Source: Eledone cirrhosa
Taxonomy: Eukaryota
Length of the DNA: 64,000 nucleotides
Reading direction: 5' to 3'
NCBI GenBank assembly: GCA_964016885.1
Contig: OZ024766.1
Span: forward strand, 10,292,001 to 10,356,000
In this document: in pieces, positions 47,767 to 64,000 of the stretch
Layout of the letters: every line of letters begins with the position of its first letter
How positions within the stretch are numbered: position 1 is the first letter of the stretch
Translations under genes and position numbers: made by a program
The notes under the pieces: generated by a model
What the model was told of the DNA's origin: nothing
The model's input: the letters and a program-made list of their open reading frames with translations, nothing else
Database searches by the model: none

Positions 47767-49384
47767 GTTTTGGTGTTGTTATGTATCTTTTTAGCGTTAA
47801 GCATCTTAATGTGTGCCTCCATATTTGGTGCCGTGGAGTAAGATAGTCTAATAGATTTAGTGTTAAGGATTTTGCTGTATCTATGTGAATCTGGAAAAAC
47901 AATATAAGGTTGCACTTACCAATGAAACGGTCGTAAATACCTGGATAAAATCCTTCTCTTAATGCTTACCTGTGTTTTCTCTTTTATACTTTATACTCCA
48001 AGATTGAACAGAATTCTTACAAACTTGTGGAGTTACCCCTAACCGTACGTTGAAACCATCCATGAAACTGGCTTTCTTAACCACGTACTGGATCACAAAA
48101 AGCAATTTTCTGCTTCCCTAACTACAGGCTCCTTATCGGTCGAACAACCACCTAAACATACGGTACTATGGAAAAGCATTACATAGGTATGTCCCTAAAG
48201 AACATTCCTATACCTTTGAGAATGGATTATACCGTCGGGATGATACAGCGAACAAACGACTTTATACGCAGAGTTAGATGGAAAACTTTCCATTTAGACA
48301 AAACATAACTACCCGGCAATTTTCAAGAGGGAGTGGTCAGGTAATTATGTTTTGTCTAAAATTACATTATCTAATGTGACCTATCTTCTGTACAGACACA
48401 GTGTATCTAGGACTACATTATCTAATGTGTCCTGTCTTATATACAGACAAAGTGTACCTAGGACTACATTATCTAATGTGTCCTGTCTTATATACAGACA
48501 CAGTGTACCTAGGACTACGTTATCTAATGTGTCCTGTCTTATATACAGACACAGTGTATCTAGGACTACAATATCTAATGTGTCCTGTCTTATATACAGA
48601 CACAGTGTATCTAGGACTACATTATCTAATGTGTCCTGTCTTATATACAGACACAGTCTACCTAGGACTACATTATCTAATGTGTCCTGTCTTATATACA
48701 GACACAGTGTACCTAGGACTACATTATCTAATGTGTCCTGTCTTATATACAGACACAGTGTACCTAGGACTACATTATCTAATGTGTCCTGTCTTATATA
48801 CAGACACAGTGTATCTAGGACTACATTATCTAATGTGTCCTGTCTTATATACAGACACAGTGTACCTAGGACTACATTATCTAATGTCCTGTCTTATATA
48901 CAGACACAGTGTATCTAGGACTACATTATCTAATGTGTCCTGTCTTATATACAGACACAGTGTACCTAGGACTACATTATCTAATGTGTCCTGTCTTATA
49001 TACAGACACAGTGTATCTAGGACTACATTATCTAATGTGTCCTGTCTTATATACAGACACAGTGTACCTAGGACTACATTATCTAATGTGTCCTGTCTTA
49101 TATACAGACACAGTGTATCTAGGACTACATTATCTAATGTGTCCTGTCTTATATACAGACACAGTGTATCTAGGACTTTCCATTTCGACAAAGGACCTAC
49201 TGGTCGGACTGTGGAATACAACAAGGACACATACGGCTACAAATGGTGCAAGAACCCACCTATCAACCCTCAACTGGATGCCTTTGAACAGGACTTAAGG
49301 ATTATGGATATCAAATTCAAAAAGCGGAGGAATAATAAACTCCAGAATGACATAAATACATTCCTAAAAAAGCTGCGAAGGTAA
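47767..49384 (+). mobile_element. Inverted second copy of the Penelope-like structure, ORF N-terminus interrupted by a 51-bp minisatellite
   Basis: 47767-48360 is the reverse complement of about 38310-38930; ATG at 48168 MEKHYIGMSLKNIPIP...RWKTFH resumes after the array as FHFDKGP...DTYGYKWCKNPPINPQLDAFEQDL. Confidence 0.85.
48362..49176. repeat. Same 51-bp minisatellite, inverted, about 16 copies
   Basis: Reverse complement of the 37629-38310 unit. Confidence 0.95.
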
Positions 49385-49524
49385 ATTATGGTGCGCTTTC
49401 ATCAGATAAAATACAGATTTGTTTTATAAATAAATATTGACATACCCGGAAAAAAGACAACCTCAACATTTGAAATTCGCTGGATAGCGAATATATATAT
49501 ATATGTATATATATCTATATATCT

Positions 49525-49890
49525 ATCATCACCATCACCGTTTTACGCCCGTTCTCCCATGCTAGCATTGGTTAGACAGGTTGTCCTGTTGTGGGCAGTG
49601 TCTGGTCGGCTGACCTTGTCTTGCTCATACAGGAACTGATTCTGGCTTGATTTCTATGGCTGGATGCCCTTCCTAATACCAACCTCATTTACAGTGAGTG
49701 CTGGGTGCTAGCATTCCACTTTGCAGTGGAATTATAGGGACCCCAGTCCCTATCATCTCATTTCTACAGCTCAGTAAACTGGAGCAATGTGAAATAAAGT
49801 GTCTTGCTCAAGGAAACAACACATCACCCGGTCTGAGAATTGAACTCACAACCTTTCGATTGCAAGCCCGATGCTCTAACCATTAAGCCA
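49525..49890 (-). mobile_element. Same SINE family with a different (family A-like) tail
   Basis: Head and body as above; tail cccatgctagc...ggtcggctgaccttgtcttgctc. Confidence 0.75.
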
Positions 49891-50536
49891 TATGAATATA
49901 AAATGAAAGTGCTTTTTTAAAAAAGGGAATTCATTAGGTATTGACATATGTTTCTGTAACAGACGGAATACCTATGTACCGCTGCTTGTGTAATCATATA
50001 ATGTTAGCAAGTATTCGATAGCAAATGTATAATCAGTTGTCACTTCTTCAGAGATTTTGGATAAATTGGATAAAATCAAAAAAATTGAAGTATTTATATT
50101 AGTAATAGAGGAAGAAAAAGAGGGGATAGTATATGACAGATGGTAATTCAATTTACTGCTAAACAAGTATATAATGGGTTTCTAATGAGAATACCATGAG
50201 TAAATGGTTCATTTTATCTAAATAAGAATTTTTGGGAGTGCCAATTTAATCTCTACTTGACCAATTGGACAGTGGACAGGGCTGGTCATTTGGTGTAGTA
50301 GTATTAATTATAAAGTGTCAATTGGGGAAGGGGGAGATTTCGATTGCTACTGAATAACATCAATGCTAGTAGCCAGCTGGTATATGCATTAGGGAATTGA
50401 ATTAGGAAATCAGAAATCTCATTTTATCTATAGCAGTTTATATTAAATGGTAAATAATAGAAGAGTTGATAGAATTAAGACTAATAAAGAATGTTAATAT
50501 CTATTTTGACAATCAAACGGAGATAGAGACAGGCGT

Positions 50537-50937
50537 TCAATCCTGGTAGTATTTATAATATGAAAATGTAGATTTTAAGCGATGGTTACAGTATAACGAT
50601 CGCTGAATTCTGTTATTTAATAAAATGTTTTTGGATTTCATAATACAAAATAATTCCACATTACATAATTTACAAAATTCCTGTCCATGGGTTATGGAGG
50701 GGCAGCTGCTATTATATCCCATTTTAGGTGAAATTGTTGGTTATTTTCACGCAGCTGCCAAGCCTTGTCTGCGAGTGTTGTTACATAACGCTGGTTTTCA
50801 TGTTTTATCGAGTAGCGATGTCTATAAAGGCGTGATTTGAAGGAGGTGGCTGTAGATCCCACATAGTACCACTTCTGTCTATCCGATTCGATAGTACATT
50901 TGTATACGATGTTGCGTTCAAGACACTGATTGTTCAA
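50537..50937 (-). mobile_element. Penelope-like GIY-YIG endonuclease fragment (frameshifted)
   Basis: CLERNIVYKCTI...YVGSTATSFKSRLYRH, then CKLCNVELFCI...LLN...CNH. Confidence 0.88.
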
Positions 50938-50989
50938 TGTGTCTTGAACGTGTTCAAGACTGTTTTTTAACCTTCATATCATGTCTTCC

Positions 50990-51060
50990 TATTTTATCTG
51001 ATGAAAACACAAATATTATTGCATGATGATATTTGTTTTTGAAATGCGCATAATAAAATA
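50990..51060 (+). ncRNA. Type I hammerhead ribozyme next to a GIY-YIG fragment
   Basis: tattttat CTGATGA aaacacaaatattatt-gcat-gatgatatttgttttt GAAA tgcgca TA ataaaata. Confidence 0.85.
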
Positions 51061-51231
51061 CATGGAACTCTTTTAACCATCTTTTGATCTTATATATTAT
51101 GTATACTCCAGTCCTACAAACTGTAGAGTGCTTCTTATCCGATATCTGCATTGCTTTATTGTACTACAATAAAACTCTCCTACATATATATATATATATA
51201 TATATTATTTGTCTGTCTGGCTCTCTCTCTC

Positions 51232-51284
<53 letters not shown>

Positions 51285-51431
51285 AATGAGTCATGTTTAA
51301 AATTTGGCTTTGTTTATTACTGATATATATATGAAATAACAACCCAACCAGGAACTGGGCATATCAGAGTGCTCCAATCTGCATACTGAGGTGTTGGTAT
51401 ACAACCAACATATACTCAAAATTTATATATA

Positions 51432-51772
51432 TCATCATCATCATCATTTCATTTTACGTCTGCTTTTCCCTGCTTGCAAGGGTGGGACGGGAACTGATTC
51501 TGGCTTGATTTCTACAGCTGGATGCCCTTCCTAACACCAACCTCATTTACAGTGAGTGCTGGGTGCTTTTTTGCCGTGGTACCTACAGACCACTTTGCAG
51601 TGGAATGATAGGGACACCAGTCCCTATCATCTCATTTCTACAGCTGAGTAAACTGGAGCAATGTGAAATAAAGTGTCTTGCTCAAGGAAACAACACATCA
51701 CCCGGTCTGAGAATTGAACTCACAACCTTTCGATTGCAAGGCCAATGCTCTAACCACTAAGCCATGTGCCTC

Positions 51773-51773
<1 letters not shown>
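51432..51773 (-). mobile_element. Same SINE family
   Basis: Reverse complement of the 54186 type. Confidence 0.85.
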
Positions 51774-51820
<47 letters not shown>

Positions 51821-52153
51821 TACACATACACACACAATATATAAACATTTATGTTTGTCAGACTTCCAACAAATTAAATACAACTTCTACTTATATATAT
51901 ATATATATATATAAAGTAAGTCCAAAATATCTCATTAGATAAAATATATACAGTATTTCTTCTCCCAATCAGTATAAATCAACCACACAAAAAATATTGA
52001 TACCCTGTTATTTCTCTGAGGAACTGGAATCAGATCATATGAATCCAGTTCCTCAGAGAAATAACAACCCAACCAGGGGCTGGACATATCGGAGTATTGA
52101 CGGAGTAAAACACTTTAACAACATGTGTACCTGTCTCTATCACACCAATTCAG

Positions 52154-52208
52154 ACTGCCTGAAGAGGTCGCAGCCAAAGATGGCTCTCACTGAAATATAT
52201 ATAGCAGT
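52154..52208 (+). ncRNA. Type I hammerhead ribozyme (family of 3712)
   Basis: actgc CTGAAGA ggtcgcagcc-aaagat-ggctctcact GAAA tatata TA gcagt. Confidence 0.78.
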
Positions 52209-52377
52209 ACATCTTTAATAAACGAAGCCAAATTTTAAATATTTGACTTAATTACTTTATTTCACATTACTCCGGAGTAACCAAACCAACCTGCGTACTT
52301 CGTTGAGTGCTCCAAACTGCATTCTGAGGTATCGGTAAACAACCAACATATACTCAGAATATATATATATATATGGA

Positions 52378-53350
52378 CGAAGAAGGGTTTCTCCCTGCGT
52401 ACGAAAGGCCGGTTGTATGATGCCTGTGTGAGGAGCGCGATGCTGCATGGTAGTGAGACATGGGCAGCTACCGCAGAGGATATGCGACGGCTGGAGAGAA
52501 ATGAGGCAAGCATGCTCCGTTGGATGTGCAGTGTCAATGTGCGTGAACGACCCAGCATAAATGTGTTGAGAGAGAAACTGTGTCTGAGAGGGATAGAATG
52601 TAGTGTGCGGGAGAGGAGACTGAGGTGGTATGGACATGTGATGTGTTGAGAGAGAAACTGTGTCCGGGAGGGATAGAATGTAGTGTACGGGAGAGGAGAC
52701 TGAGGTGGTATGGACATGTGATGTGTTGAGAGAAAAACTGTGTCTGAGAGGGATAGAATGTAGTGTACGGGAGAGGAGACTGAGGTGGTATGGACATGTG
52801 ATGTGTTGAGAGAGAAACTGTGTCTGAGAGGGATAGAATGTAGTGTGCGGGAGAGGAGACTGAGGTGGTATGGACATGTGATGTGTTGAGAGAGAAACTG
52901 TGTCTGAGAGGGATAGAATGTAGTGTACGGGAGAGGAGACTGAGGTGGTATGGACATGTGATGTGTTGAGAGAGAAACTGTGTCTGAGAGGGATAGAATG
53001 TAGTGTGCGAGAGAGGAGACTGAGGTGGTATGGACATGTGATGTGTTGAGAGAGAAACTGTGTCTGAGAGGGATAGAATGTAGTGTACGGGAGAGGAGAC
53101 TGAAGTGGTATGGACATGTGATGCACCTGGAGGATGACCGATGGGTGAAGAAATGCCAGGAAATGCCAGTTGAAGGAAGACGTGGTAGAGGTAGACCAGG
53201 AAAAACATGGGCGGAGGTGGTGAGAACAGACCTCAGATCATTGAAGCTCACGGTGGAGATGACGAGGGACCGTGACGAGTGGAGAATAAGATCCGTCCCA
53301 CCCTTGCAAGCAGGGAAAAGCGGATGTAAAATGATGATGATGATGATGAT
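52378..53350 (+). mobile_element. RTE LINE (family B) 3' fragment with the same internal 80-bp unit x7
   Basis: ORFs 52413..52649 and 53025..53411; (GAT)n tail. Confidence 0.92.
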
Positions 53351-53776
53351 GGAGGCACATGGCTTAGTGGTTAGAGCATTGGCCTTGCAATATATATATA
53401 AAGTTTCATGAAATAGTCTTTTTAGACTATACAGAGCATTTGAGGTTTTTCCAAATTGAAGGATGAGTATTTAAACTTTATTTTATTCTTTACTCTATTG
53501 GTTTCTTACCTGGATTTCACAAAATCTGTGGATAAAATCTCTTTCTTCATTTTTTAAAAATTGAGTTTGAATAATTTTCCCATATTTAAATATTTTCTAT
53601 TTTGACGTTATAGTCACTTATATATTATGAAATACTTGTTTCTACTTTAGGCACAAGGCCAGCAATTACTCAGTGCATTACTGGTACTTTATTTTATCGA
53701 CCCCGTATGAAATACTGTTGGCTTCACGCTCACAATAATTTCTATATTTTCATTTATATATATATATATATGTATA

Positions 53777-53813
<37 letters not shown>

Positions 53814-53895
53814 GTTATTCCGGGTTAAATCGGAGGTAACCACAGTAAGTAAGGTACTCAATACATAGCAGAGTATAAAAGTTTTAATATAGATG

Positions 53896-53946
53896 AGATT
53901 CTACAGGACTAGAACTGTTTCATTCTTTAGAAATCATCAGGAATCT
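53896..53946 (-). ncRNA. Minimal type I hammerhead ribozyme (GUA triplet)
   Basis: Reverse complement reads agattc CTGATGA tttc-taaa-gaat GAAA cag-ttctagtc-ctg TA gaatct. Confidence 0.72.
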
Positions 53947-54018
53947 GGATATCAAAAATATATATATATATAGATACGATATATTAACAAATGTAAACTA
54001 TATTTATAAAACCATATT

Positions 54019-54083
54019 TATTTCATTATACATATTTCAAGGACACCAAGTTAAATTATGGTGTGCTTTCATCAGATAAAATA
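54019..54083 (-). ncRNA. Type I hammerhead ribozyme (family of 41756)
   Basis: Reverse complement reads tattttat CTGATGA aagcacacc...ggtgtcctt GAAA tatgta TA atgaaata; half copy at about 49383-49413. Confidence 0.82.
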
Positions 54084-54185
54084 TAATATAATATAGATCA
54101 GTTTTATAAATAAATATTGACATACCCTTAAAGAATGCGACCATTTCTGTTGGAAGCTCCCAGATATATAGATATATATATATGT

Positions 54186-54507
54186 GGAGGCACATGGCTT
54201 AGTGGTTAGAGCATTGGCCTTGCAATTGAAAGGTTGTGAGTTCAATTCTCAGACCGGGTGATGTGTTGTTTCCTTGAGCAAGACACTTTATTTCACATTG
54301 CTCCAGTTTACTCAGCTGTAGAAATGAGATGATAGGGACTGGGGTCCCTATCATTCCACTGCAAAGTGGAATTATAGTACCCAGCACTCACTGTAAATGA
54401 GGTTGGTGTTAGGAAGGGCATCCAGCTGTAGAAATCAAGCCAAATCAGTTCCCGTCCCACCCTTGCAAGCAGGGAAAATTGGACGTAAAATGAAATGATG
54501 AAATGAT
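54186..54507 (+). mobile_element. tRNA-derived SINE with a CORE-like body and an RTE family B 3' tail
   Basis: A box tggcttagtgg, B box gagttcaattc, ccttgagcaagacactt body, tail cccacccttgcaagcagggaaaa...aaatgatga. Confidence 0.85.
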
Positions 54508-54840
54508 ATATATATATAAAAATATATATCTATATATATATCTATATCTTTCTCTCTCTCTCTCTATATATATATATATCCCACCCCTCTCTCTTTCTAT
54601 ATAGCCCTCCTATCTCCCTATCTCTCTCACTATCCAAAGATAAAGTAGGTCAAACCTGACACTAATAAGTCAAGCTAGAAGTGTTCAAAGTTTTTTGGGC
54701 GAAAACACTCCCTGTCAAATGATACCCCCCCCCCCCTCACCGCCTCCTGTCTCATATCTCACCCATATTTCCAGACAGACCTGTTTCCACACAAATATAT
54801 GTATATATATATAGCATATATATATATATATATATAGATA

Positions 54841-54878
<38 letters not shown>

Positions 54879-55743
54879 TATATATATAGATATACTATAT
54901 ATATAGATATACTATATATATATATATACTATATATATATATATACTATATATATAGATATACTATATATATATATATATATATATATACTATATATATA
55001 GATATACTATATATATATATATATATATACTATATATATAGATATACTATATATATATATATATATACTATATATATATATATATACTATATATATATAC
55101 TATATATATATATATATACTATATATATATATATATATACTATATATATACTCTATATATATATACTATATATATATATATATCTATATATATATAAATG
55201 GAATAGAATGAAACAAAATTTAATTTCTCACTCTTAGTACGGCACTTACTTAAATGTAAGTATGTATGTATACGTACATACATATATGTATACAGACGTA
55301 CAGTAGCATGTACATATATACATACAGTCACACATATATATATGCACGTATCAGTTTACCGAACATTTATTATAATGCTCGGTTTGTTTGTTTGCAAACA
55401 AACAAACAGCCTGAATTACGCCGTACAGTGTTTAGGCAACCACGTCACCTTTTTGTTCAACACTGACACAGGAACGATGTACTAGTTTCAAGCTTATTAG
55501 CTATCGTCAGCACCGTATACCTTTCTGCCAGATGGTTGAATGTCCGAACAAAAAGGTGACGTGGTTGCCTAAACACTGTACGGCGTAATTCAGGCTGTTT
55601 GTTTGTTTGCAAACGAACAAACCGAGCATTATAATAATTGTTCGGTAAACTGATACGTACATATATATATGTGTGCCTGTATGTATATATATACATGCTA
55701 CTGTACGTCTGTATACATATATGTATGTACGTATACATACATA

Positions 55744-55778
<35 letters not shown>

Positions 55779-55974
55779 TCTGTGGGTCAATTCCCCTCTG
55801 ATAGCAGTGAGTAGGGATGGGTCAACTCTGCTCTGATAGCAGTGAGTAGGGGTATAGTCTGGGGGTCAACTCTGCTCAGATAGCAGTGAGTAGGGATGTG
55901 GTCTGTGGGTCAATTCCCCTCTGATAGCAGTGAGTAGGGATGAGGTCCAGGGGTCAACTCTGCTCTGATAGCAG

Positions 55975-56049
55975 TAGTGTATGTATGTATGTGTGTGCGC
56001 GTGTGTGTGTGTGTATATATATATATATGTGTATATGTATATATATATG

Positions 56050-56080
<31 letters not shown>

Positions 56081-56165
56081 ATGTGTATGTGTATATGTAT
56101 ATATATATATGTATGTATGTGTATATGTGTATATATATATGTATATGGTTGTGTGGACAGGTGTG

Positions 56166-56240
<75 letters not shown>

Positions 56241-56371
56241 ATATTTGTATGTATATATGTGTGTGTGTGTGTGTGTGTATATTTGTATGTATATATGTGT
56301 GTGTGTGTGTGTGTGTATATTTGTATGTATATATGTGTGTATGTGTGTGTGTGTATATGTATGTATATGTA

Positions 56372-56410
<39 letters not shown>

Positions 56411-56489
56411 ATGTGTGTATATATATGTGTATGTGTATATGTATGTATGTGTACGTGTGTATGTATGTGTGTGTATATATGTATATATG

Positions 56490-56586
<97 letters not shown>

Positions 56587-56731
56587 GTGTGTGTGTGTAT
56601 GTGTGTATATATATATGTGTATTTGTATGTGTCTGTGTTTGTGTATGTGTGTATGTATGTATATATGTGTGTATATGTGTGTGTATGTGTGTGTGTATAT
56701 ATATATATATGTGTATATGTGTATAGATGTA

Positions 56732-56772
<41 letters not shown>

Positions 56773-56906
56773 GTGTATATATATATGTATGTGTGTGTGT
56801 ATATATTTATATATATGTGCGTGAGAGAGAGAGTGTGTATATATATTTTGTGTGTGCGTGTGTGTATGTGTGTATGCGCGTGTGTATATATATATATATA
56901 TATGTG

Positions 56907-56939
<33 letters not shown>

Positions 56940-56940
56940 G

Positions 56941-56972
<32 letters not shown>

Positions 56973-57153
56973 CATATATATATATGTATATATATGTATA
57001 TATATATGTATATATATATGTATATGTATATATGTGTGTGTATATACGCGTTATATGTCTGTATATATATTTGTATATTTATGTATAGGTCTGTGTATGT
57101 ATGTGTATGTTTGTATATGTATGGATATATATATATATGTGTATGTATATGTA

Positions 57154-57238
<85 letters not shown>

Positions 57239-57240
57239 AT

Positions 57241-57293
<53 letters not shown>

Positions 57294-57395
57294 AGTGTAT
57301 AAATATTTATACATATGTATACTCGTGTTTGTATGTATGCGTGTGAGTGTATTTATTTGTGTATATATGTATGTATGTGTATGTGTGTGTGTATC

Positions 57396-57442
<47 letters not shown>

Positions 57443-57474
57443 ATCTGTGTATATGTATATGTGTATGTATGTGT

Positions 57475-57507
<33 letters not shown>

Positions 57508-57680
57508 GTGTATATGTATTGTATATGTATGTATGTATGTGTGTATGTATGTGTGTGTACATGAATATATATTTATATTTATATATATTTATATATTTTT
57601 TATATATGTGTGTGTGTTTTTATGTGTGTATATGTGTTTGTGTGTGTGTTTATGGTTGCGCGTAAGTGTGTGAGTGAGTA
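55975..57680. repeat. (TA)n/(TG)n compound microsatellite
   Basis: Alternating purine-pyrimidine low-complexity tract; similar tracts at 1-650, 1727-2386, 4425-4870, 7665-8115 and 45540-46395. Confidence 0.95.
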
Positions 57681-58180
57681 TGTGTTTTTTTGTTTTTTTG
57701 TTTTTTTGTTTTTTTGTGAATGTGTCTGTTGATTTTTGGCATATAGTTGATTAGTTTAAGAGAAGTTCAAAGATAATAGTAAGATATGCACTCAGTATTT
57801 TGAATCTGTCTGCAGAATTCTCTAGACCTTTGTCATTGGTAGAACCTTAATGACTTTAGCTTTTAAAGAATCTCCCTTTTCTTTAATTCTATGGACCATG
57901 ACTGACCCCCCACTGACTTTATAGACATCTGTTAGCTTAAGAGAAACTTATTGACAAGGAATGGTATGCCATCCGGAACCTGTTTATAGAATTCTGTCTG
58001 CCTTTGTTACTCTAAAAACATAAATAAATATAGATAAAAATAAAAATAAACTATAGCTTTGTAGAATTAGCTTTTAATGAATTCCCTTTTCTATCAACCA
58101 ATGACCTGCACCCATCCCACTCCCCACCCTCTCCTACCACTTGTAGAGACCTATAAATACCATATTTATTTTTGATACCC

Positions 58181-58231
58181 AGATTCCTGATGATTTCTAA
58201 TGAATGAAACAGTTCTAGTCCTGTAGAATCT
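58181..58231 (+). ncRNA. Minimal type I hammerhead ribozyme (family of 53896)
   Basis: agattc CTGATGA tttc-taat-gaat GAAA cag-ttctagtc-ctg TA gaatct. Confidence 0.72.
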
Positions 58232-58244
58232 CTTCTATATTAAA

Positions 58245-64000
<5,756 letters not shown>

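Noticed and set aside
47875-47945. Full hammerhead with a CTATGTGA core
   Set aside because: The apparent 5' half is the inverted ORF fragment across the PLE inversion junction; only the GAAACGGTCGTA 3' half is real.
54186-54260. tRNA gene
   Set aside because: A and B boxes are present but continue into a SINE body and LINE tail in multiple copies; no complete cloverleaf.

Overview
Eukaryotic, intron-containing, extremely repeat-rich animal DNA. The SINE and RTE content resembles octopod cephalopods (inference). The only host gene I can support is a complete 7-coding-exon WDR83/MORG1 orthologue on the + strand, join(8790..8895,13266..13490,18369..18481,21345..21477,25489..25597,29387..29501,37384..37548), 321 aa, with all introns GT-AG and phases consistent. 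The rest is (TA)n/(TG)n low-complexity DNA, 5'-truncated RTE-clade LINEs (RT with an embedded Cys/His PHD-like finger), tRNA-derived SINEs sharing the RTE 3' tail, Penelope-like (GIY-YIG) fragments, a non-autonomous Helitron, and many minisatellites amplified from TE pieces. The most striking unannotated signal is a dense set of about a dozen type I hammerhead ribozyme motifs from several sequence families. Most have a 6-nt palindromic or near-palindromic stem III and share a C-C (or C-U) mismatch at the fourth pair of stem II despite unrelated stem sequences. Several sit in fold-back inverted repeats, and two are in sense orientation in the WDR83 introns flanking exon 4. Almost all long ORFs in the supplied track are translations of simple or tandem repeats.
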